A stretch of 64,000 bases of DNA from an uncultured virus (IMG/VR IMGVR_UViG_3300023178_000038) (lineage: Duplodnaviria > Heunggongvirae > Uroviricota > Caudoviricetes). Shown here piece after piece: positions 27,663 to 36,513 of this stretch (its first letter is position 1; every line of letters begins with the position of its first letter). Under the pieces are notes generated by a model. The model saw nothing but the letters and a program-made list of their open reading frames with translations. It did no database searches and was not told the origin of the DNA. Location: IMG/VR virus record IMGVR_UViG_3300023178_000038; one strand, written 5' to 3'. Made by a program: the position numbers and the translations under genes.

Positions 27663-27718
27663 TACTACCTCCCACTATAAGTGTAGTATAAAAAACCATA
27701 ATATCCAAGAATTTTACG

Positions 27719-27803
27719 AAAAACACCAGATCGAAGTTAATTGACCTGGTGTCAAGGATAAGAGTAAAGGAGGAAACCTCTTATCAATGAAATGAGTGTT
27801 GAC
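27719..27803 (-). ncRNA. Candidate sRNA with anti-SD loop GUUUCCUCCUUUA
   Basis: TGgTATAAT (27816-27808); 8 bp stem GATAAGAG/CTCTTATC; terminator ACACCAG/CTGGTGT + U-run. Confidence 0.55.
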
Positions 27804-27832
27804 ATTAATTATACCACATGGTATTGTGGTGA

Positions 27833-27905
27833 GATCAGATAACATCTAAACGTGTTATCTCCTTCCCAAGCAATAAGGCGGTCCTGTGAGACCGCCTTGC
27901 TTTTT
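27833..27905 (+). ncRNA. Candidate sRNA with GUUAUCUCCUUCCC seed complementary to early-gene RBSs
   Basis: TTGACA-17-TATTGT (27799-27827); stem AGATAACA/TGTTATCT; terminator AAGGCGGTC/GACCGCCTT + TTTTT. Confidence 0.65.
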
Positions 27906-27926
27906 ATGTACCTTGCCATGTATAAC

Positions 27927-29147
27927 TCATACGATCTCTTTGTTGTTGTGTCCGTTACTATCAACAACCATAGTCATTACACCTTGTTTGGTTTTCTTAC
28001 CTGCTTGATGTTCAAACCATGTACTCTCATCTAAGCTAGGTACTTGTATCCATGTGCGTCCGTCATGTAATTCACGGTGATGATGATAATGACCTGTGAC
28101 AAGAATGTCACTGGATCCTGCATGGAAGCCACCAAATGTTTGGTTCTTCCACCAGTTCATAAGTTTATTTTCAACTGTGCCACTGTAACCTGCAAGATGT
28201 CCATGAGTAAAACTCATGTTTGTACCGCATACGTTTAGTGATAGGTGTGGCTCATCTGGTATTACAAACTTTACATGTTTGTACTGTGGTTTATCTGCAA
28301 ATATTTCTGCAATCTGTTCAAACACTTCTATGTCATAGTTGTCCATCTCACCTGTTGGTGCAAGATTCTTTGCAATTCTTTTAGTTCCATGATTACCTGG
28401 TACTGCACCTACTACAACTACATCAAAGTCTCTTGACCATTCAACTAATGCTTTAGCAATAAGTCTTCTAGCTAACTTCATTTGATTACGATAATCAAGT
28501 TCGACTCCGTTCGGTCCCATTGCTTGTGGGTAAAATCCTACGCAGCCCTCGACTATATCACCTAATCCTACAACTGTTAACTGATCTAGCTGCACTCCTG
28601 CTTTACGCAAGAAGTTATAACGATCACGTACTGTATCTATCTTTTCTAAAAATCTATTAACAATAGCTTCAGTACCACCGCCATCACGCTTGCCTAACTG
28701 TAGATCAGATATAGCAACAAAAAAACTAGCTTTAGGTTTTGTTACTTTAGGTTTAGCTTTACGCTTGTAAGTCTGGATCCACTTAGATATACGATCATAA
28801 TCTTCTTTGTCTAGTGCATGTTCTTTGTAAACAATCTGTGCTTTGTATGCCCATGCTTGTTGCACGTCTCCTTTGCCCATATTCATATCCCACGTGCTTA
28901 CACGAATAGTGTCATTTAGAATAGAATACTTATCAGGATCGAATCCCCACGATCTAAGAAGATCATTAAACTCTGGACTAGCATTGTCCATAGCTCTTGT
29001 TGTTATTGTGCCTGTCTTAGTTTTGTAATTAAATTCTACGCCAGGTTCCCAACCATTGGGGTGACTTGGTGTATCTTTAACTTCGTTGTGTGCTACGTCC
29101 TGTTGGGTTGCAGTAAGTTTACTTACCTGCGAGTTGTTTTTTTGCAT
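27927..29147 (-). CDS. Calcineurin-like metallophosphoesterase (Mre11-like)
   Basis: SDLQ, LGD, PGNH, THGH, GHYH motifs. Confidence 0.88.
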   Translation of the reverse strand: MQKNNSQVSKLTATQQDVAHNEVKDTPSHPNGWEPGVEFNYKTKTGTITTRAMDNASPEFNDLLRSWGFDPDKYSILNDTIRVSTWDMNMGKGDVQQAWAYKAQIVYKEHALDKEDYDRISKWIQTYKRKAKPKVTKPKASFFVAISDLQLGKRDGGGTEAIVNRFLEKIDTVRDRYNFLRKAGVQLDQLTVVGLGDIVEGCVGFYPQAMGPNGVELDYRNQMKLARRLIAKALVEWSRDFDVVVVGAVPGNHGTKRIAKNLAPTGEMDNYDIEVFEQIAEIFADKPQYKHVKFVIPDEPHLSLNVCGTNMSFTHGHLAGYSGTVENKLMNWWKNQTFGGFHAGSSDILVTGHYHHHRELHDGRTWIQVPSLDESTWFEHQAGKKTKQGVMTMVVDSNGHNNKEIV

Positions 29148-29310
29148 ACTCTTTTAGTACTACTATCACTGATCCACCACCTGCAATTGCTGCAGCTTGG
29201 ATTGCTGTAATGTCTAAGTCGAGTGCAGGACCTACAAGTAAAGCAGAACCAAATGCTTCAATGAATGTCCATACAACTTTTTCGATAAGTGCTTTGAGTT
29301 CATCACTCAT
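29119..29310 (-). CDS. Holin (r1t-like)
   Basis: EKVVWTFIEAF + two hydrophobic helices, next to putative lysin. Confidence 0.65.
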   Translation of the reverse strand: MSDELKALIEKVVWTFIEAFGSALLVGPALDLDITAIQAAAIAGGGSVIVVLKEYAKKQLAGK

Positions 29311-29322
29311 ATTATCTCCAGT

Positions 29323-29886
29323 CTATATTATTGGTCTTCCCTGTAGTTTAGCGTCAATTCGTGTCACTTTTTCGTGAATAGAATCCAACGTTTTACTATC
29401 GGAACTTTGTTCTGGTGCGGCAGCACCATCTAAATTTATCTTACTTACTTCTAATGTAACTGGTTTACCTTGTAGTAATACTTTTGCAACCTTTGCATAC
29501 ATGTTTTGATACGCTATGCGTGATTGTCCAATCATACCGTCTTTACCTAGATCAAGATCTTGTTGTGTGTTACCTGTCAAAATACAACCTGATGTATGCT
29601 CGTCCGTATTCCCAGAGTGTATAAGTATGTATTGAAATCCAGGAACGTTTTGTAATTCTAACATTCCGTAGTGTGCATTCTTATATCTTGCACTGTATTT
29701 CTGGTGAAATCCACCAACTTTTCTAAACTTTATATCGTATGTACCTTCAGGTATGCAGGTTTCGTGCATTACTTTTACTGCTTGATATTGATCTTCAAGT
29801 GTATAACACTCAAACTTACCGTCAATATACATAAGACCATTAGTAGCGTCTATGCCGAACTGTGTACGAACAACTTGTATTTTCAT
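29323..29886 (-). CDS. DUF5675-like protein, candidate lysis/cell-wall enzyme
   Basis: CYTLED, CIPEGTY, ILIHSGN...TSGCIL.G. Confidence 0.75.
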   Translation of the reverse strand: MKIQVVRTQFGIDATNGLMYIDGKFECYTLEDQYQAVKVMHETCIPEGTYDIKFRKVGGFHQKYSARYKNAHYGMLELQNVPGFQYILIHSGNTDEHTSGCILTGNTQQDLDLGKDGMIGQSRIAYQNMYAKVAKVLLQGKPVTLEVSKINLDGAAAPEQSSDSKTLDSIHEKVTRIDAKLQGRPII

Positions 29887-30006
29887 TATTCTCCCTGTTT
29901 ACTTAACCTTAGTATAGTCTTTGCATTGGGGATTTGTACAGTATAATTTACTGTTTTTGACAAGAAGAGGTTGTCCGCATTTAGGACAAGATACTTTCGT
30001 ATGATC

Positions 30007-30168
30007 CTACCTGCTAGCTGCCCACATGTTGTCCACCATATTAGGATATTTACGACCATTAGCTTTAGCTCTAGCTTTTGCCTTTGCCTTTTGTGAAGGT
30101 GTAAGTTTTTTAGATTTTCCTAGATCTTTGGGACGTGGTTTGTCCCATACTGGTTTACTTTTTGCCAT
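30007..30168 (-). CDS. 53 aa basic hypothetical protein (MAKSKPVWDK...YPNMVDNMWA)
   Basis: Hand-translated; TATAAT 5 nt before ATG (leaderless). Confidence 0.65.
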   Translation of the reverse strand: MAKSKPVWDKPRPKDLGKSKKLTPSQKAKAKARAKANGRKYPNMVDNMWAASR

Positions 30169-30245
30169 ACTATATTATAGCTACTTCATCTTTTTGATTC
30201 TCTTAGAAGAGTATCTTTTTTTCTTACCTTTTTTATCGTATGGCA

Positions 30246-30470
30246 TTATCTGCTCACTTTCTTTTTCGGTTGATCGTCTTTATCTTTACGTAGTCCTATA
30301 GTTAACAACCATAAAACTATACTTATTATTATAGCAACTCCAACTATGTCCTTAGCTGTGCCAGTTAATGTTAGCCATGCTATAAAAAAACCTAGCAAAG
30401 TAAATGTTTGTGCTATTGTCTCTTTGATTATTTCTGATAACCAATTAAAAAATTTCTTTATGTACTTCAT
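30246..30470 (-). CDS. Small two-TM membrane protein
   Basis: TLLGFFIAWLTLTG...; ATGA overlap with 578 aa gene. Confidence 0.65.
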   Translation of the reverse strand: MKYIKKFFNWLSEIIKETIAQTFTLLGFFIAWLTLTGTAKDIVGVAIIISIVLWLLTIGLRKDKDDQPKKKVSR

Positions 30471-32203
30471 ATCCTACGTCTCATTCTAACTGGTACGACT
30501 TGCACACTAGCCACAATTTGCGAAGCTATGATAACTGGTACTACAACTTCTTGTGCTTTTTCTTTTTGATCGTTAGTCATATCGTTACCAATAGCACCTA
30601 GATCTATCTCTTGTATATTTATATCAGTAAATGCACCAATAGGATCTGCAAGGAATTGTTCAGTTTGTATCTCTGTCACAACATCAGCAAGTGTGTAATC
30701 TTCTACATCTTTGTTTTCTACTGCACGTTCTACATATTCTTCAACAGCTTCTGCCACTGCTTCGTCATTTTTTACAGCTTCAGCTATAACCTTTACGTCA
30801 TTCTTATCTTCTAAATTAAGTACAGTTGCAACTACTTCTACTTGCTCTTCAGTTAATTCTTCTGCTTTTTGTATAGATTGTTCTACTACCTGACTTACAA
30901 CTTCAAGTACATCTTCGCTAACTTCTGTAAGATTCTCCACTCCGACATCAGCAACTTCAGTAAGTACTTCGATAACCTGCTCTGTTTCAAGATCTTCTAG
31001 CTCTACTTCTTCAATGTCTTTTACAAGATCTTGTACAGTTTGCTCTTCAAATTTTTCTGGCTCTTCTTCTGGTTCCAGTATGATCTCTTTTGTCTCTTCA
31101 ACTTCTTCCTCCTCTTTTATTTCTTCTTCTTTATTATCCTGGTCTTTGTCATCTTCCTCTTGAATTCCCTCTTCTCTGATGTCGTCATCTCCTGGTATCT
31201 CTTGATCCAACTCATCTTCTATAACTTCCTCTTTAGGTTCATCAAAAAAATCCTCATCTTTATCTTCAACGACCACTTCAGGTACCACAACATCATCATC
31301 AGAAATGACTTCTTCGGTATCTGGTTGTTCTTTTTCATCTTCTTTTATTATAACTTCTTCTTCTTTTTCTTCTACTACTTCTTCTTCTTTAGGTATGTCA
31401 CAATCACCACGTTCTATTTGTGCGTCTGTCATGTAACAACCATACTTATCTTCATTATCTTTACGTTGATTATCACGATCTACAGTTCCATCTTCTACTT
31501 CTGTTTCAGTATATTCTGATGTGCTACCATCTTCGTTCACTACTACATACAACGTAGTAGTTGTTGTAGGTGGCGGAGGAGGAGGCGGAGGTGGTTGTGT
31601 TGTAGTTGTAGTACTGCTAGTAGTTGTAGTTTCTTCCTCTACTACTTCTTCTTGTGCTGCAGATTCTGTTGTTGGAGGTGCAACTGTGGTTGTAGTAGTA
31701 ACTACATAAGGATTACAAGCGTCTGTTCCTGTAGGTGCTGACCAATCTGTTTGGTTAAATTCAAATGGTGGACCTGCATAAATGTTATAAACACTTTCAG
31801 TAGTTAGAGTAGAAACAATATTATCTGTTTCATTATTACTTCTTATTCTAAAATAAAAGTTTTTTCCTGCTAGATCTGCAAAGTAATATTTTAAATCATC
31901 ATTACTAAATGTATAATATTGCCAGGTGTTTGTTTGATGACCAAAAGAAGTTGTTACACAAAAGCTATTTGTTTCAGTTATACCACTACTACCACTAAAA
32001 AATATTGTGTAATTTTCAGGTGGACTATCTTCCCACCCATCAGAACCCAATATACCAATAGTTATAGTTCCTGCGTTATTATCTGTTGTAAGATCTTGAC
32101 CATAAGCAGGTTGCGTAGGTACATGATCTGCAAGTACAGGAAAAGGAATTATTAAGAACGCAACAATACATAAGCGAACAAGTGTATTAAATTTGTGTAG
32201 CAC
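30467..32203 (-). CDS. Exported/membrane protein: signal peptide, beta-sandwich-like domain, Pro/Thr linker, long acidic stalk, C-terminal anchor
   Basis: Composition and hydrophobic termini read directly. Confidence 0.65.
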   Translation of the reverse strand: MLHKFNTLVRLCIVAFLIIPFPVLADHVPTQPAYGQDLTTDNNAGTITIGILGSDGWEDSPPENYTIFFSGSSGITETNSFCVTTSFGHQTNTWQYYTFSNDDLKYYFADLAGKNFYFRIRSNNETDNIVSTLTTESVYNIYAGPPFEFNQTDWSAPTGTDACNPYVVTTTTTVAPPTTESAAQEEVVEEETTTTSSTTTTTQPPPPPPPPPTTTTTLYVVVNEDGSTSEYTETEVEDGTVDRDNQRKDNEDKYGCYMTDAQIERGDCDIPKEEEVVEEKEEEVIIKEDEKEQPDTEEVISDDDVVVPEVVVEDKDEDFFDEPKEEVIEDELDQEIPGDDDIREEGIQEEDDKDQDNKEEEIKEEEEVEETKEIILEPEEEPEKFEEQTVQDLVKDIEEVELEDLETEQVIEVLTEVADVGVENLTEVSEDVLEVVSQVVEQSIQKAEELTEEQVEVVATVLNLEDKNDVKVIAEAVKNDEAVAEAVEEYVERAVENKDVEDYTLADVVTEIQTEQFLADPIGAFTDINIQEIDLGAIGNDMTNDQKEKAQEVVVPVIIASQIVASVQVVPVRMRRRI

Positions 32204-32252
32204 GGAACTTACTTAGTTCCGCAACAACCACCACCGCAGCATGGATCTGCCA

Positions 32253-32525
32253 TTATATTTCTCTCCCATTCATATCATTATGTGTCTTGCTATCTAAAAT
32301 ACCAAATGCTTGATTAACTTCCTCGATTGTAAGTTGCCCATCATTTAGGTATTTCCTTGCTAAGATTTCTAGTACATTAGCTACACCTAATAGCCCTGCA
32401 AGTAATGATGATTGTATAACATCAATACCTATAAGTGATCCTGCACCTATAACACTTAATGCTTGTGCTATAAATACAGCAATCATGCGTTTAGATATAT
32501 TCCAATATAAAGAGTAACCTTGCAT
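32253..32525 (-). CDS. Holin-like membrane protein
   Basis: RMIAVF...GAGSL.G...LAR.YL.DG.LT.EE.N.AF. Confidence 0.6.
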   Translation of the reverse strand: MQGYSLYWNISKRMIAVFIAQALSVIGAGSLIGIDVIQSSLLAGLLGVANVLEILARKYLNDGQLTIEEVNQAFGILDSKTHNDMNGREI

Positions 32526-32528
32526 AGG

Positions 32529-32714
32529 TTACATTATACTATTAAGGAAAGCTGCGCTGCTCGTAATTGCAACAAGCCAACCTAAAATCTCCTGACGTGT
32601 TGGTGATTTATTTATTTTTTCATGAAGTTCGTCAATACGTTTATTAGCAATATCAACTTCTTCTTTAATTAATTGCAAGTATTCCTTAGTAGTGAAGCCG
32701 TTACCGTTAGACAT
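32529..32714 (-). CDS. Small coiled-coil protein with C-terminal TM
   Basis: 61 aa; TAATG coupling. Confidence 0.55.
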   Translation of the reverse strand: MSNGNGFTTKEYLQLIKEEVDIANKRIDELHEKINKSPTRQEILGWLVAITSSAAFLNSIM

Positions 32715-32866
32715 TATGGAAGATCATCTTCTTGGATAGGTGTAATCCAATCCCATTCTTTATCCCAAGATTTACGATTATCCCAATCCCATTGACTTAA
32801 TCTTTTAAGATAAGAAATAATTTCTTTTAAAAAAAAACCTAACAAAAATCCTATGATGTAGTCCAT
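32714..32866 (-). CDS. 50 aa membrane peptide (MDYIIGFLLGFF...)
   Basis: Hand-translated; TGtTATAAT 7 nt before ATG. Confidence 0.55.
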   Translation of the reverse strand: MDYIIGFLLGFFLKEIISYLKRLSQWDWDNRKSWDKEWDWITPIQEDDLP

Positions 32867-32887
32867 AAATATAATTATAACACACGC

Positions 32888-33643
32888 TTACATAGTCGGA
32901 TAATCTTTATAAAATTTAGGTTGTTTTTTATAACCTGTTATAAAGTTTTCATTAATTACAAAGTTCTGTTTTTCTAAATAATTTTCTTCATATTCTTTTT
33001 TAGTACCTTTGCGAACCTTTAATTTGATATCTTCTTTTTTAAATACATGTACATAAACTAATGGTGTACCTGCTTCTATAGTGCAATTATAATTTTCAAT
33101 AGAAAATGGAAATGCAACATATCCCCACTTATCTGCTTCTACTACACCAGTAAGCATTCTTATATCATTTCTAAAATGGTAAAATGGATCTTGATACATA
33201 ACACTATAACCATCAGGTACTAATATTTTGTAAGGCATACCTAATTTTAATATAGTTCCTTGTGGTGTCATACCTATAGGCATATCACCTACTTGATGTT
33301 CTACATGTGCGCCTAATAATTTTTCTTTATGGTAAGTATCAGAAGTAAATGCTGCATAAGTATGATCTTTGCCATCTACTTTTTCTGTTCCTATATACAT
33401 TTTTCCCCATAAAGGTAATACAATACCTTCACCAAAATAATCTTGTATAGCGGGACATGTTTTAGCTGTAATAAATTTATCACCTGAAGGAATGTTTAAA
33501 TGAGCGTCTTTCCAACTATCTCTGTAACTACCAGGTTTTAATTGTTTCCACCAATCAGGTAATATATCTTTAGCTTTTACTGGCGGATATAACTTTAATA
33601 GATCTTCAAACTCTTTACTCTTTGGTATAATCGTAACTTTCAC
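32888..33643 (-). CDS. Conserved phage protein (DUF6065/dUTPase-fold-like)
   Basis: PDWWK...TAKTCPAI...PDGYS...GVVEAD...IEAGTPL. Confidence 0.55.
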   Translation of the reverse strand: MKVTIIPKSKEFEDLLKLYPPVKAKDILPDWWKQLKPGSYRDSWKDAHLNIPSGDKFITAKTCPAIQDYFGEGIVLPLWGKMYIGTEKVDGKDHTYAAFTSDTYHKEKLLGAHVEHQVGDMPIGMTPQGTILKLGMPYKILVPDGYSVMYQDPFYHFRNDIRMLTGVVEADKWGYVAFPFSIENYNCTIEAGTPLVYVHVFKKEDIKLKVRKGTKKEYEENYLEKQNFVINENFITGYKKQPKFYKDYPTM

Positions 33644-34331
33644 TTTTACTGTAACCTCCTTTAAACCTACTCAATGTTACTAAATCTATTTTTTTAACAA
33701 ACCTTCTAATTTTTTCGTCCATGTATTTAAAAGTATATTTATATTTTTCTTTTCTATAAGGAACTAAATAACATATAGGTTCCCCTTTTCTAATTAACAA
33801 TTCTTCTTTATCAGTCGTCACTAATATTTGTACATTTAATTGTGTCATTTTATCTTGTTCTATTACACCATAAGTAGCAAACCAATCACTGTTAAAATGT
33901 AAATTTAAAGGTATATATCTTAGTGCATATCCTTTAGGTAATATACAATGAAATCTAGTCGCTAATCTAAATACAGCTTTAATTGGTTTTCCTGGTATAT
34001 GATTTACAAACTGATCATCTTCGTGATGATTTAAACCAACTTTAGGATTAGATGTTCTACCTTGCCATTTACCATTCATATTAAATAAATGTATGTCACA
34101 AGGTGCAACAGCTACGTATGTATCTTCGTGAAATATATTTGCAAAAGAAGGACACATTTTAGTAGTTCTCCAGTTAGGAACTAATTTACTTTTAAACCAT
34201 GTATGATTTTGCGGCATATCTACTGGCATATCTTTATACCACTTTGGAATAAAATTTTTAGTAGGTTGCGGATTAATTTCTTTTGTATCTATAAATTCAT
34301 CAAAATCTGAAGTAAATATAATTTCAGGCAT
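33615..34331 (-). CDS. Paralogue of 32888-33643
   Basis: PKWYK...TTKMCPSF...PKGY...GVIEQD...IRKGEPI. Confidence 0.55.
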   Translation of the reverse strand: MPEIIFTSDFDEFIDTKEINPQPTKNFIPKWYKDMPVDMPQNHTWFKSKLVPNWRTTKMCPSFANIFHEDTYVAVAPCDIHLFNMNGKWQGRTSNPKVGLNHHEDDQFVNHIPGKPIKAVFRLATRFHCILPKGYALRYIPLNLHFNSDWFATYGVIEQDKMTQLNVQILVTTDKEELLIRKGEPICYLVPYRKEKYKYTFKYMDEKIRRFVKKIDLVTLSRFKGGYSKSESYDYTKE

Positions 34332-34345
34332 GTATTAATTATATA

Positions 34346-34585
34346 CTAAGCTGCGTTCAAAGAAAAGAAATGTTTTGTTTTTCCGTTTACAAATATTGTA
34401 GTGTTTGGTCCAGTAACTGTATCATCTATAATAAATAAAGAGTTAGCATAAAATAACATATCAAATAAAGATAGACCTGATCCGCCACTAGCTTCAGGTA
34501 ATAAATTTATATCTTCACTTATTGGTCCACCAATGCTATCTATTAATAATGAACCACCTTCTTTAAGCATGATTAACATTGACAT
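34346..34585 (-). CDS. Hypothetical protein (leaderless)
   Basis: TGtTATAAT 6 nt before ATG. Confidence 0.55.
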   Translation of the reverse strand: MSMLIMLKEGGSLLIDSIGGPISEDINLLPEASGGSGLSLFDMLFYANSLFIIDDTVTGPNTTIFVNGKTKHFFSLNAA

Positions 34586-34614
34586 AGAATTATTATAACA
34601 TGTAGAATATTGGT
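34579..34614. promoter_or_regulatory. Back-to-back leaderless promoters
   Basis: - strand TATAAT 34597-92, 6 nt to ATG 34585; + strand TTGACA-18-TAGAAT, 6 nt to ATG 34615. Confidence 0.7.
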
Positions 34615-35706
34615 ATGAAGAAACTTACTGTACTTGGTAACGGCATTGCTAGTATGCTTGCTATTAATTATTTTAAATTACACACTGATTGGGAAATAGA
34701 TTGTTTAATAAACCCAAACGCAAAACACTGGGACGTAGGTATAAGTTCTGCTTTAGATACACCGTTTCAATTAGATAACATAAATTATTTGGATATAGAA
34801 AAGTTTTATGCCAACATAAAATTAGGAATTATGAAAGAAAATTTTAATAATAAAGATTATTTTCAATCATACAAATTAAGTAATGCTAGTTTGCAATTTA
34901 ATAGTAAAGATTTTATTAATTATCTTATGTCAATAAATAAAATAAAATATATTGAAACAGACAACTTTAACAATATATCGTCAGATTATATATTTGATGG
35001 TAGTGGTATACCTAATATAGATGAAAGCTATAATCTTATTAAAAACATTCCAGTCAATACAGCATTAGGAATTAAAATACCTCACGAATATCCACCATTT
35101 ATGTACACAAAAATAAAAGCAATGAAACATGGTTATATTTCAATAATACCAAGTAAAAGATATTTGTTTGTTACACACATGTTTAATTCTAATTTAAATA
35201 CACAAGATGAGATACTAGAAGAATTAGAAAAACAATTTGCTTTTAAAGATTATCAAGTATTACCTTTTAAAAATTATTACAAAAAGTTTCCTTTTAATAA
35301 AAACAAAGTTTACATAGGAAATAAAAATTTTTTTGTTGAACCTTTTGAAGGAACAAGTTTAACTGGTATTAATATAACAATAAATTCTGCTTATCATTTA
35401 TGGAATAATCCAAGAACTTTTGATCCACAGGCGTTAAGAGATTATATTGATGAAGCAATAGATACTATTCTTATGCACTATTTAGCTAATAAAAATATAG
35501 ACACAAAGTTTTGGAATACAGCTAATAGTTTAGCTTTAGAACATTTTACAAATAATGTATCAGAAAATTTTAAAAACAGAGTATTAAATATATATGATCC
35601 AAGAGTTAAATATAATTACTCACATTTTTACGATCAAAAAATGTTAAAAGAAAATTTAGATTATTTAAGTGTAGGAGATTTATTCTACAACTTGTTCAGG
35701 AACTGA
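34615..35706 (+). CDS. Tryptophan-halogenase-like flavin-dependent protein (degenerate motifs)
   Basis: VLGNGIAS, IFDGSG, T...AM..GY.S.IP, IGN..FFVEP.EGTS; only long + strand gene; very AT-rich. Confidence 0.7.
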   Translation: MKKLTVLGNGIASMLAINYFKLHTDWEIDCLINPNAKHWDVGISSALDTPFQLDNINYLDIEKFYANIKLGIMKENFNNKDYFQSYKLSNASLQFNSKDFINYLMSINKIKYIETDNFNNISSDYIFDGSGIPNIDESYNLIKNIPVNTALGIKIPHEYPPFMYTKIKAMKHGYISIIPSKRYLFVTHMFNSNLNTQDEILEELEKQFAFKDYQVLPFKNYYKKFPFNKNKVYIGNKNFFVEPFEGTSLTGINITINSAYHLWNNPRTFDPQALRDYIDEAIDTILMHYLANKNIDTKFWNTANSLALEHFTNNVSENFKNRVLNIYDPRVKYNYSHFYDQKMLKENLDYLSVGDLFYNLFRN

Positions 35707-35994
35707 AACTCTGCCATCTTCTTCATAAGTATTTTGCCATAAAGTTCCATCTTCAATATTAAACCAACGAGGATTTCCTTGACTATCTTCTCCTGGTGAA
35801 GTAAATGATTGGTCATCAGAATTATATTTACTACCTACTTCACTAACAGTAGCGTGTTCAGGTGCTTCTATATGATTAGATAAATCAGAAAATAAATTTT
35901 CAGTGCCATCTTCGTTTACGCTTATTACATTACTTTTAACTGTTTTATACCCTACAACTATGTTTGCTGTTGATAACTCTATAAAATTGTGCAT
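35680..35994 (-). CDS. Tail-fibre-associated small protein
   Basis: VG..Y.....SF..P pattern; follows tail paralogue array. Confidence 0.5.
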   Translation of the reverse strand: MHNFIELSTANIVVGYKTVKSNVISVNEDGTENLFSDLSNHIEAPEHATVSEVGSKYNSDDQSFTSPGEDSQGNPRWFNIEDGTLWQNTYEEDGRVSVPEQVVE

Positions 35995-36010
35995 ATTTTA
36001 TTATACCTTT

Positions 36011-36247
36011 CTACCAAAACTCTATTACTTCTCCAGTAAAATTCTGACCAACTGTTTTTGTTAATGTAGTACTATCGCTTAAATACCAACAAGAACCTTG
36101 ACCATCATTGCCACCTTTAAAGTAGTTTAACACAATAGTTTTATTAACATCTACAGGATTAATAGTAATAGGACTTGCTTGTCTATCAATTCTTTGTATT
36201 GATTTAATTGTTTTACCTTGTCCAGGAATTTTTTTATATCTACCCAC
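36011..36247 (-). CDS. Tail paralogue 4 (IKSIQR...VD..K...L...T...VIEF)
   Basis: Motifs shared with three neighbours. Confidence 0.65.
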   Translation of the reverse strand: MGRYKKIPGQGKTIKSIQRIDRQASPITINPVDVNKTIVLNYFKGGNDGQGSCWYLSDSTTLTKTVGQNFTGEVIEFW

Positions 36248-36513
36248 TAATTATACTCTACCACTTCCTGATAAGAATTACCTGCATTATATTCATTGTA
36301 AGTTCCTTCACTTTTAAGAGCAATGTTTGTACTACTTGAAAGATGTGCAGAATTATTTGCATTACACATTCCATGTGCATGTTTGGCACTATGAAACAAA
36401 ATAGTTTTATCTAAATCAACTTCTGTAATAGTTACATTGGCGTTGCTTCTTGAATTACTATACGATTTATGTTGTATAGATTTTATTATTTGTGCATTAC
36501 GTACTGTTCTCAT
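36247..36513 (-). CDS. Tail paralogue 3
   Basis: IKSIQH, ITEVDLDK, VVEYN; TAATG start. Confidence 0.65.
   Translation of the reverse strand: MRTVRNAQIIKSIQHKSYSNSRSNANVTITEVDLDKTILFHSAKHAHGMCNANNSAHLSSSTNIALKSEGTYNEYNAGNSYQEVVEYN

Noticed and set aside
31540..31705. Short tandem nucleotide repeats (also 44515-44560)
   Set aside because: Explained by poly-Thr/Pro and Asp-Pro linkers in proteins
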